A stretch of DNA of 42,430 nt from Campylobacterota bacterium (GCA_051746405.1 JBNJFB010000018.1:1-42430); one strand, 5' to 3'; shown: positions 19,549-29,007, counted from the stretch's first letter. Notes: generated from the letters alone by a model not told the origin. Program-made: numbers and translations.

Positions 19549-20076
19549 CTTTATTTCTATAGACTCTATAGTCTGTTTTGATAAGGGTTTGTTTCCTTTT
19601 GTTCTTCCTGATGTTGGAACACTCTGTATTTGTTTAACTACATCATAACCATTTTTCACATAGCCAAAAATAGTGTGACGACCATTTAACCAGTAAGTAG
19701 GAGCGGTAGTTATAAAAAATTGACTACTATTAGTATTTTTACCTGAATTTGCCATTGCTAGGATACCTGGTTTGTCAAAAACTGCATTTGGAGAAAACTC
19801 ATCTTCAAAAGGTTCACCCCAGATTGATTCTCCACCTCTACCTGTACCTGTTGGGTCACCACTTTGAATCATGAAGCCTTTTATTACCCTGTGAAAAATA
19901 ACACCATCATAGTATCCATTCTTAGCATGGGTAATAAAGTTTTCAACAGCCTTTGGAGCCATTTTAGGTTTTAGTTCCACTTCAAAATCACCCTTTGAAG
20001 TTTTAAAAACTGCAATTGGATTACTAGCTTCTAGAAGTAAAACTAAAGAAGAAAGTAAAAAAAATATCTTTTTCAT
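19546..20076 (-). CDS. Cyclophilin-type peptidyl-prolyl isomerase (exported)
   Basis: Signal peptide; FHRVIKGFMIQ, GDPTGTGRGG, LAMANSG, SQFFIT, HTIFG. Confidence 0.95.
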   Translation of the reverse strand: MKKIFFLLSSLVLLLEASNPIAVFKTSKGDFEVELKPKMAPKAVENFITHAKNGYYDGVIFHRVIKGFMIQSGDPTGTGRGGESIWGEPFEDEFSPNAVFDKPGILAMANSGKNTNSSQFFITTAPTYWLNGRHTIFGYVKNGYDVVKQIQSVPTSGRTKGNKPLSKQTIESIEIK

Positions 20077-20171
20077 TAAAAAAGCCTTTACATAAATTTG
20101 TAAAAGTTAGTATAATATGATATATTTAAAAAAAAATTAAAAATGATTTTTATATAACTTTAACAAATGTG

Positions 20172-20180
20172 TGATAAAAT
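20172..20180 (+). promoter_or_regulatory. Putative extended -10 promoter for the panD operon
   Basis: TGATAAAAT (TGn-TAAAAT) ~65 bp upstream of panD; background is very AT-rich, so this is weak evidence. Confidence 0.4.
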
Positions 20181-20246
20181 ACAAAAAAAATTAAGATATT
20201 AAGAATAGATTACAAATTTATATAAAATATAAAGAGGAATTAGTAA

Positions 20247-20630
20247 ATGATAATTGATATGCTATATAGTAAAATTCATAGAGCAACTGTTACTGATGCT
20301 AATTTAAACTATGTTGGTTCAATAACTATTGATGAAGATTTAATGAAAGCATCAAAAATGATGGTTGGTCAAAAAGTTGATATAGTAAATATCAATAATG
20401 GAGAGAGATTTTCAACATATGTTATAAAAGGTGAGCCAGGTAGCAAAGATATGTGTTTAAACGGTGCAGCAGCTAGAAAAGTTGAAATTGGTGATAAAAT
20501 CATAGTTATTGCGTATGCGTCATATAACCATGATGAGATAAAAGATTATGAGCCAACTGTAGTATTGGTTGATGATAAAAATAACATAGAGTTAATAACA
20601 AATGAACTAGTAGGGAGTGATTATGTTTGA
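20247..20630 (+). CDS. panD: Aspartate 1-decarboxylase
   Basis: [17 protein letters not shown] (Gly-Ser cleavage site), [15 protein letters not shown]. Confidence 0.97.
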   Translation: MIIDMLYSKIHRATVTDANLNYVGSITIDEDLMKASKMMVGQKVDIVNINNGERFSTYVIKGEPGSKDMCLNGAAARKVEIGDKIIVIAYASYNHDEIKDYEPTVVLVDDKNNIELITNELVGSDYV

Positions 20631-20943
20631 TGGAATAGATATGAAAAATTTAGATTTAAATTCAATGATGAAGCAGTTTCAAGATATGGCTGAAAATGCA
20701 AAAGAGGAGAATTCAAATAAAATATTCACCGCAAAAGCAGGTGGAGGTATGGTTGAAATCTCAATTAATGGAAATTCTGAAGTTGTTGATTTACAAGTTG
20801 ATGATTCACTACTTGAGGATAAAGACTCATTACAAATTTTATTAATATCATGTATGAATGATGTGATTAAGCAGTCTGATGAAAATAAAAAAGCTATGGC
20901 TATGAATATGATGGGTGGAGCAAACCCATTTTCTCAAAAATAA
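20623..20943 (+). CDS. YbaB/EbfC nucleoid-associated protein
   Basis: [24 protein letters not shown] at 20623 follows a GGGAG RBS. Confidence 0.9.
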   Translation: MFDGIDMKNLDLNSMMKQFQDMAENAKEENSNKIFTAKAGGGMVEISINGNSEVVDLQVDDSLLEDKDSLQILLISCMNDVIKQSDENKKAMAMNMMGGANPFSQK

Positions 20944-20948
20944 AACAA

Positions 20949-21809
20949 ATGACTACACTTCTTCAAAAGTTTGAAAACTACTTAGAAGCTAATCTACCTA
21001 AATGTAAAACTTTTCATCCTCATTTTGAAGATGCTTTGGGTGATATGCTAAAAGCAGGTGGCAAAAGATTTAGGCCTATGCTGCTTTTAAGTGTTGTAAA
21101 ATCAAAAAATAGTCTACTTTTATCAAACTCAATGCCAGTTGCATTAGGTTTAGAAATGCTTCATACATATTCACTTATACATGATGACTTGCCATCTATG
21201 GATGATGCAGATTTAAGAAGAGGTTTTGAGACTTTACATAAAAAGTATGATGAGGTAACTGCTATTTTAGTAGGTGATGCTTTAAATACACATGCTTTTT
21301 GTGAAATATCAAATGCCCCACTACATAATGATATTAAAATCGAATTGATAAAAACTCTAAGTAAAAATGGTGGGATTGATGGAATGATTATAGGTCAAGC
21401 TATTGATTGCTACTTTGAGAATCAAAAACTAAAAATTAATGAATTAGAGTTTTTACATATTCATAAAACTGCAAAGCTAATAGCAGCTAGTTTAAAAATG
21501 GGTGCAATAATTGCTCAGTATGATAAGAAGATTCAAGATGAACTATATGATTTTGGAATTGATTTAGGATTACTATTTCAAATTCAAGATGATATTATTG
21601 ATGAAACCCAAAGTGAACAAGAAGCAGGAAAAACTACTAAAAATGATGAGGGTAAAAACTCTTTTGTTAATCTACTTGGAATCAGTGAAGCTAAAAATTC
21701 TGCTAATAAATTAGCAAAAAAATGTGAACAAAGACTACAAAACTTAGATGACAAACTAAAAAAATCTTTAGAAAAGCTACTATTAGAGTATATAAACAGG
21801 CATAAATAA
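20949..21809 (+). CDS. ispA: Geranyltranstransferase / FPP synthase
   Basis: GGKRFRP, SLIHDDLPSMDD, LRRG, FQIQDD, GK motifs. Confidence 0.92.
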   Translation: MTTLLQKFENYLEANLPKCKTFHPHFEDALGDMLKAGGKRFRPMLLLSVVKSKNSLLLSNSMPVALGLEMLHTYSLIHDDLPSMDDADLRRGFETLHKKYDEVTAILVGDALNTHAFCEISNAPLHNDIKIELIKTLSKNGGIDGMIIGQAIDCYFENQKLKINELEFLHIHKTAKLIAASLKMGAIIAQYDKKIQDELYDFGIDLGLLFQIQDDIIDETQSEQEAGKTTKNDEGKNSFVNLLGISEAKNSANKLAKKCEQRLQNLDDKLKKSLEKLLLEYINRHK

Positions 21810-21823
21810 GACTTTTTCAAAAC

Positions 21824-21844
21824 TCTTAGTCAAATTAACTCAAA
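21824..21844. promoter_or_regulatory. HAIR-like (HspR) operator upstream of the groES promoter
   Basis: TCTTAGT-N7-ACTCAAA vs consensus CTTGAGT-N7-ACTCAAG (4/7 and 6/7), just upstream of the -35. Confidence 0.5.
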
Positions 21845-21848
21845 CTAC

Positions 21849-21877
21849 TTGACAAATTTTTAAAAATTTTATAAAAT
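21849..21877 (+). promoter_or_regulatory. Sigma70-type promoter of groESL
   Basis: TTGACA (21849-54), 17-bp spacer, TAAAAT (21872-77). Confidence 0.85.
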
Positions 21878-21878
21878 T

Positions 21879-21905
21879 TTAGCACTCAAAAAATAAGAGT
21901 GCTAA
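21879..21905. promoter_or_regulatory. CIRCE element (HrcA operator)
   Basis: Perfect TTAGCACTC-N9-GAGTGCTAA immediately downstream of the -10. Confidence 0.97.
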
Positions 21906-21948
21906 AAGTACAAATATTAATTAGAAAAAATACAATAAAGGATTAAAA

Positions 21949-22206
21949 ATGAGTTTTAAACCATTAGGTAAAAGAGTTTTAGTACAAAGAGCTGAAGTTG
22001 AAGAGAAAACACAAAGTGGAATTATATTAGTTGACTCTGCAAAAGAGAAACCAAATACTGCAACAGTTAAAGCAGTTGGTTCTGAAGTTAAAGAAGTAAA
22101 AGCAGGTGATACAGTTGTATTTGAACAGTTTAGAGGTACTGAGTTTACTTTAGATGGTGAAGATTACTTAGTATTAGATATTGATAATATTATTGGAGTT
22201 ATGTAA
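21949..22206 (+). CDS. groES: Co-chaperonin GroES
   Basis: FKPLGKRVLV, SGIILVDSAKEKP. Confidence 0.97.
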   Translation: MSFKPLGKRVLVQRAEVEEKTQSGIILVDSAKEKPNTATVKAVGSEVKEVKAGDTVVFEQFRGTEFTLDGEDYLVLDIDNIIGVM

Positions 22207-22220
22207 GATAACTCTTACAT
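22201..22220 (+). other. Hairpin at the groES stop (groES-groEL intercistronic stem-loop)
   Basis: ATGTAAGA-TAAC-TCTTACAT, 8-bp perfect stem, no U tract. Confidence 0.5.
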
Positions 22221-22235
22221 AAATTAAAAATATAA

Positions 22236-23909
<1,674 letters not shown>

Positions 23910-23920
23910 GAAAGCGTTAA

Positions 23921-23946
23921 AAAAACGTGAATAGTTTCACGTTTTT
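23921..23946 (+). terminator. Intrinsic terminator of groEL
   Basis: AAAAACGTGAA-TAGT-TTCACGTTTTT: GC-containing stem with a 5-T tail; extendable by AAAGC (23911-15) / GCTTT (23948-52). Confidence 0.75.
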
Positions 23947-23950
23947 AGCT

Positions 23951-24066
23951 TTCGCAGACGAAGTGGTCGAAGCGTAACGAAGCCACGAAGTCCGAGGGAC
24001 AACCCAAAAGCTTCGCAGACTTGATGGTCGGAATGAAATGAAGCCATCATGTCCGAAGAATAACCC
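23951..24066. repeat. Two tandem 55-nt structured repeat units (period 61 bp); REP-like element or ncRNA
   Basis: 23951-24005 and 24012-24066 align without gaps at 40/55 identity; GC 58% and 45%; differences include compensatory pairs in a shared stem-loop. Confidence 0.8.
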
Positions 24067-24068
24067 CA

Positions 24069-24095
24069 GAGTTTCTTAATATCTTTAAGAAACTC
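24069..24095. terminator. Strong hairpin after the repeat pair
   Basis: GAGTTTCTTAA-TATCT-TTAAGAAACTC, 11-bp perfect stem; poor U tract. Confidence 0.55.
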
Positions 24096-24120
24096 ACCCA
24101 CTTATTTCAATTCCTTACTT

Positions 24121-24259
24121 TCAAAACCTGTTCTAATTGTAAGACAACTTAGAAGTGATTTGTTTATAGGTATACCACTGACAACTACTATCAAGCATAA
24201 TGATTACTTTCATTAAGCAAATACAACAAAAGATGATAAAACTGATTGTTCCCACCTAA
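24121..24259 (+). pseudogene. Relic of a PemK/MazF-family toxin gene (N-terminus lost, internal deletion/frameshift)
   Basis: 24121-24216 reads SKPVLIVRQLRSDLFIGIPLTTTIKHNDYFH*, resembling the PemK RP(V)L(I/V)...(I/V)PLT(T/S) core. A shifted frame, 24215-24259, reads KQIQQKMIKLIVPT*, like a terminal helix. No ATG in frame back to the stop at 24061-63. Confidence 0.6.
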
Positions 24260-24553
24260 AAAGTGGGTGTGCCGTTAGGCGAATTGTAGAAAAGTTATAC
24301 AACAAAAAATATAAAAAAATCAATAGGTGAAAAGATGAGTAATCAAAAAATAGAAAAACTTGATATGAAAAGTGTAAATTGTGGGGATTAAATTAAAAGA
24401 GTTTTAAAACTTTTAACTTTTTAAGTAGTAATCACATTATATTGTTATTTAAGTTTAATATTGTATGGTAGTAGTTATCTTAATATTAATTAAGATATTA
24501 GCAAATTGTTGAGTTTAAATACTCTTAAAAATTTATTATATAAAGGAAGTATT

Positions 24554-24844
24554 ATGGGTATGAAACAAGCATATGAAGAGAAACTACAAGCACAGTTAGA
24601 TGAATTAGGTGCAAAAATTGATGAACTTAAAGCAAAGGCTGGTGAATCTGAAGCTGATGCAAAAATAGAGTATTATAAAGAGATAGATAAGTTACAAGAG
24701 ATGCAAGAGAATGCAAAAGCAAAATTAGATGAACTAAAAGCAGCTAGTGATGATGCATGGGAAGATATTAAAGCAGGTGCAGATAATGCATGGGAGTCAT
24801 TAAGTAGTGCTGTTAAGTCAGCTACTTCAAGGTTTAGTTCATAA
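24554..24844 (+). CDS. Small all-helical coiled-coil protein (putative stress protein)
   Basis: AAGGAAG RBS before the ATG at 24554 (better than the track's TTG 24506); KQAYEEKLQAQLDE...ASDDAWEDIKAGADNAWESL. Confidence 0.85.
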   Translation: MGMKQAYEEKLQAQLDELGAKIDELKAKAGESEADAKIEYYKEIDKLQEMQENAKAKLDELKAASDDAWEDIKAGADNAWESLSSAVKSATSRFSS

Positions 24845-24857
24845 AAGGAGATTATAG

Positions 24858-25316
24858 ATGAGATTCAACATATATAAATTATTATTAGTAAGTATTCTTG
24901 GTTTAGCAACATTCTCTTATGCACAAAGTCATGGTCAACATGATACTTCAGCAAAAGAAGTTAAGCAAGAGACAAAAGAGCTACTTAAAACTATTGGTTC
25001 ATATAGTGCAGATAAAAAAGATGAAGCTGTAAAAGAAGCAAAAAAAAGTTTAAAAAGTTTAGATAAAGAGATTGAAAAACTAGAGACTCAAGTTGATAAT
25101 AACTGGGAAGAGATGAATAAAACAGTGAGAAAAGAAGCACGTGAAAACCTAAAAGCTTTAAGAAAACAAAGAAATCAAGTTGCACAATGGTATGGAAGTA
25201 TGAAAACTAGCTCAGCAAATGCTTGGGAAGATATCAAAGGTGGCTTTTCAAATGCTTATAAAGATTTAGAAAAATCTTGGCAAAAAGCAAAAAAAGAGTT
25301 GAATTCAAATAAATAG
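24858..25316 (+). CDS. Exported all-helical protein, related motif to the upstream gene
   Basis: AAGGAG RBS; signal peptide ending FSYA; SSANAWEDIKGGFSNAYKDL. Confidence 0.85.
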   Translation: MRFNIYKLLLVSILGLATFSYAQSHGQHDTSAKEVKQETKELLKTIGSYSADKKDEAVKEAKKSLKSLDKEIEKLETQVDNNWEEMNKTVRKEARENLKALRKQRNQVAQWYGSMKTSSANAWEDIKGGFSNAYKDLEKSWQKAKKELNSNK

Positions 25317-25331
25317 TTAATAGTCTAAAAT

Positions 25332-25365
25332 ATTAACAGCTCTATTTTTAGAGTTGTTAATTTTA
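25332..25365. terminator. Bidirectional terminator between convergent genes
   Basis: ATTAACAGCTCTA-TTTT-TAGAGTTGTTAAT (one G-U), flanked by A and T runs. Confidence 0.75.
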
Positions 25366-25367
25366 TT

Positions 25368-26897
25368 TCAATCTTTATAAAGTGGTAACTCCACTGTAAA
25401 ACAAGCTCCCTTGTACTCTTTATTTTTTACATTAAAATATATATTCTCAACTTTAATTGTACCATCCATGCTATCGTTTATAATTCTATGGGTCATAAAC
25501 AAACCAAGACCTGTACCCTGAGACTTGTGTTTTGTAGTAAAGTATGGTTGAAAGATTTTATCTTTTATAGTCTCATCAATACCATTTGCATTATCATATA
25601 TTTTTAAGTAAGCAAAGTGATCTGCTTTACTAACTTCAATAAGTATTAGTTTATCTTCAACACTAGAAGACTCTAAGGCATCTTTACTATTTGTTAATAT
25701 ATTCATAATAGCTTGAATTAACTCATTAGGGTAGCCTTTTAGGATAATATCTTCTTCTTGTTTTTTTATATCTATTGTTATATGACTGGTTTTTATAACT
25801 CCATCTAACAAAGATAAATCTTTTCGAATGATATCATTTAAGCAAAATACTGTTTTCTCTTTATCATCTTTTATAAAGTTTCTAAAATCATCAATAGTTT
25901 GTGATAAGTGAGTTGTTGTTTTTACTATTTGTTCAACAGTCTCATTAAAAATCTCATCATTTAACTTATCCATATCCCTATAGAGTTTAAGTCCACTTGC
26001 ACTTGATGAAATTAAGCTTAAGGGTTGTCTCCATTGATGAGCGATATTTCCTATCATTTGACCCATATCAGCAAGTTTTGCTTGTCTTGATATAAGATTG
26101 TCTTTTTGTTTAATATGTGAAATATCAATCATTGTAGAGATTCTTTTTTTCTTATTGTCTAGTTGTATTACTTGTCCACTAACAAATGCACTAAACTGTT
26201 TATTATCTTTTCTAATTAGCTCAACTTCATAGGTTCTTAACTGTTCACTTTGTAGATTTATTTTTACTAAATCTTTACTCTCATTTGCTACAAAGTCTAG
26301 TAAGTGTTTATTTACAATCTCTTCTTTATCTTTTAAACCTAAAAGTTTAAGTCCTAAATTATTGATATTTTCACAATACCCATTTTCACTTGAGATGATT
26401 AGCCCTTCAGTTAGGGCATTTATCATTCTTTCAAACTCATTATTTTTCTCTTCTAGTTGAATATTTCTTTTTTCTAACTCCTCTTTTGATTTTTGTAGTT
26501 TAAAGTTGGTTTCACTTTGTAAGGTATTATCATAAATATATACTATAACCAGCTCTTTTTCTAAATTAAAAGGGGATATTGTTACACTTTGTTGCATATT
26601 AAGAAAAATAGAATCAGCTATTTTATTTAATTTTATATCAAAGAGATATTTTGTTTGTTCTGTGTTGTAAAATGTAGGAGAGTTGAGTCTTAGGGTTGTT
26701 TTTACCTTTCTTAATAATACTTTTGGATTAATATTATCATAAAAATCTAAAATAGATTTTTCTAAGATATCTTCAGATTTTATTTTTGTCTGTATTTCAA
26801 GCCATTTATTCCAGTATTTAACTACTAGATTTTTATCTAAAATAAGAATTCCACTATTAATATTATTGCATATTAGATTAAAGTCTTGTCCATACAT
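25368..26897 (-). CDS. Cytoplasmic two-PAS sensor histidine kinase
   Basis: No TM; PAS (GILILDKNLVVKYWNKWLE), H-box NIAHQWRQPL, DNANGI, IFQPYFTTK, GTGLGL. Confidence 0.92.
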   Translation of the reverse strand: MYGQDFNLICNNINSGILILDKNLVVKYWNKWLEIQTKIKSEDILEKSILDFYDNINPKVLLRKVKTTLRLNSPTFYNTEQTKYLFDIKLNKIADSIFLNMQQSVTISPFNLEKELVIVYIYDNTLQSETNFKLQKSKEELEKRNIQLEEKNNEFERMINALTEGLIISSENGYCENINNLGLKLLGLKDKEEIVNKHLLDFVANESKDLVKINLQSEQLRTYEVELIRKDNKQFSAFVSGQVIQLDNKKKRISTMIDISHIKQKDNLISRQAKLADMGQMIGNIAHQWRQPLSLISSSASGLKLYRDMDKLNDEIFNETVEQIVKTTTHLSQTIDDFRNFIKDDKEKTVFCLNDIIRKDLSLLDGVIKTSHITIDIKKQEEDIILKGYPNELIQAIMNILTNSKDALESSSVEDKLILIEVSKADHFAYLKIYDNANGIDETIKDKIFQPYFTTKHKSQGTGLGLFMTHRIINDSMDGTIKVENIYFNVKNKEYKGACFTVELPLYKD

Positions 26898-26899
26898 GA

Positions 26900-27517
26900 T
26901 TAATACTCTTCTAATAGTTTATTTAATGCAGTTTTAATATAGTTAATTGATTCATCACTAGCAAGCATTAAAAGGTGACCATAAATATTTTGTTCTTCAA
27001 AATTAAGCTTAGTTGATATAATTATAACTTGCTCATAACACTCTTCAAGATTATCTTCAAGCTCATTTGCATTTTGGATTAAAGAGATGCTTGGAGGTGC
27101 AAATGAGGCGTATGAGTGCATCTCTTCAATAAGTGAACTAATAGTTGCAGATGATAAAATATTTGTTATTTCTAATACAATATCACCCACTTCTTCATCA
27201 CTTAATTCACCCTCATGAACTAGTTCAAACTCTTTAGAGAGATTTAGAGCTGAATTTTTATCAATAATAAATAGATTCTCCCCATTAAAGTCACCATTTA
27301 TTAATTGTGAAGCCACAAAATGTTGAGTTTTTGTTAATTGAGAGTTTAAATAGTTTTTTAAATCTTTTACATTTATTATTTTAATATTAGGAATTGCTAA
27401 GGTTGCAAATGCATCAATTATATCAGCAATTGCAGAGCTTGCAGATCCATAAGCTATATTCATTAACTCTTGTAAACAGTCTCTTTCATCTTCATTTAGT
27501 TCTATCGTTTTTTTCAT
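26900..27517 (-). CDS. CheC/CheX-family phosphatase-like protein
   Basis: Two ExxN motifs (LQELMNIAYG, VLEITNILS) and FAPP. Confidence 0.85.
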   Translation of the reverse strand: MKKTIELNEDERDCLQELMNIAYGSASSAIADIIDAFATLAIPNIKIINVKDLKNYLNSQLTKTQHFVASQLINGDFNGENLFIIDKNSALNLSKEFELVHEGELSDEEVGDIVLEITNILSSATISSLIEEMHSYASFAPPSISLIQNANELEDNLEECYEQVIIISTKLNFEEQNIYGHLLMLASDESINYIKTALNKLLEEY

Positions 27518-27638
27518 GCCACATCTTTTTAGTAGTCTATTTTTGGTATTATATAAAAAAAAGTGTTAATAACAAATAATCACTTTACTTTTAATATAAC
27601 TAAATTTAGATAAAATCAATAAAAAAAAGAAGAGAAAT

Positions 27639-28412
27639 ATGCAAGAAAAATTAATAAGTATTATAAAAGAAGCAGGAAAGATACTAAAAGATGGATATTA
27701 TTCAACTAAAGAGGTGGATTTTAAGGCAAAAAAAGATTTAGTAACAAAATATGATGTTGCAGTTGAAGAGTTTTTAAAACAGAAGTTTCAAGAAGAGTTT
27801 AAAGAGTTTAATATAATTGCAGAAGAGTCAGATAATACAAATATAGAGTTTAATAACTCAATTATAATAGACCCAATAGATGGAACTACAAATTTTGTAA
27901 ATAAAGTGCCACATACAGCTATCTCTGTGGGAGTTTATAAAAATAAAGAAGCATTTTTAGCAGTTGTTTATAATCCAATTTTACAGGAGCTTTATACTGC
28001 AAAAAAAGATGAGGGTGCTTTTTTAAATAAACAAAGACTTTATGTATCAAAAGAGAATAGTTTTGAAAAGTCCTTATTATCCACAGGTTTTCCATACTCA
28101 AGTGGTACAAATAAGGATGATTTAGATGATGTTATAAAAAAGCTTGCATATATTTTACCAAGATGTCAAGATATTAGAAGATTAGGCTCTGCTGCAATTG
28201 ATTTATGTTATGTAGCAAGGGGAGTTTATGAGGGGTACTATGAGATGAATTTAAAAGCATGGGATGTAAGTGCTGGAGTTTTAATACTTCAAGAAGCAGG
28301 TGGAGAAGTATCAAATATAAAAGGTGATGAGTATAATCTTTTTGAAGATAAATATATAGTAGCTTCAAATGGATATATTCATGATGACTTAATTAAGAGT
28401 TTAAACACTTAA
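27639..28412 (+). CDS. suhB: Inositol monophosphatase family protein
   Basis: DLVTKYD, IAEES, IDPIDGTTNF, RRLGSAAIDL, AWDVSAG. Confidence 0.9.
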   Translation: MQEKLISIIKEAGKILKDGYYSTKEVDFKAKKDLVTKYDVAVEEFLKQKFQEEFKEFNIIAEESDNTNIEFNNSIIIDPIDGTTNFVNKVPHTAISVGVYKNKEAFLAVVYNPILQELYTAKKDEGAFLNKQRLYVSKENSFEKSLLSTGFPYSSGTNKDDLDDVIKKLAYILPRCQDIRRLGSAAIDLCYVARGVYEGYYEMNLKAWDVSAGVLILQEAGGEVSNIKGDEYNLFEDKYIVASNGYIHDDLIKSLNT

Positions 28413-29007
28413 AATAGTCATCTTCTAATAGTTTTAAAGAGTTTTGATGAAGCTTTAAATATTTGTTATTGGTTTGCTTATTATATTTATAAAAATCAAT
28501 TCCATTTATAGTTATAGCTACTTCAAAATTGGTTTTTATATTAAACTTCTCTAGCTCTTCATGGGTTTTAATATATTTGTCTTGATAGTTATCAAATATA
28601 TCTGAATAAAAATTTTTATTTATTTTTTGATTTTCAACTAAAATAGTTGAGGGTGTACCCTCTTTATTAACAGCAGGGCATAAATGGTCCACATAGATAT
28701 TATTATCTAAATTTGCACTTAATGGATAGGCTTTACATATGGAAGAGCGTTTATCATAAATAGTGCATTTTGAGTCTTTTAAGTATCTACAATAATCTTT
28801 ACCATTTGTTAGAATTAATACAGGTTTAATATAACCAAGCTCACCAAAAATAAACAGTATTGGATAGTTTTCATAAATCTGTATGAAGTCATCAAGTATT
28901 ATTTGTGAAAATGTTGTACCGTTTCTACCATCACAACAGTTTGACTCACAACCCTCACAAGTGGAAAATCTGTATTTATTATTAAGTGTATTTATAAAAT
29001 GTTTCAT
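28393..29007 (-). CDS. YkgJ-family (CxxCxxxCC) cysteine-cluster protein
   Basis: CEGCESNCC, CRYL...CTIYDKRSSICKAYP, CPAV. Confidence 0.85.
   Translation of the reverse strand: MKHFINTLNNKYRFSTCEGCESNCCDGRNGTTFSQIILDDFIQIYENYPILFIFGELGYIKPVLILTNGKDYCRYLKDSKCTIYDKRSSICKAYPLSANLDNNIYVDHLCPAVNKEGTPSTILVENQKINKNFYSDIFDNYQDKYIKTHEELEKFNIKTNFEVAITINGIDFYKYNKQTNNKYLKLHQNSLKLLEDDYFKCLNS

Noticed and set aside
23951..24066. Possible CRISPR mini-array or tRNA
   Set aside because: Only two diverged units with a 6-nt gap (no spacer) and no cas genes; no cloverleaf, TTCRA arm or CCA end recognisable.
24506..24553. Longer TTG start for the coiled-coil gene
   Set aside because: No RBS; a clear AAGGAAG precedes ATG 24554. 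Track starts 20617 (ybaB) and 29127 (glmS) were likewise shortened.
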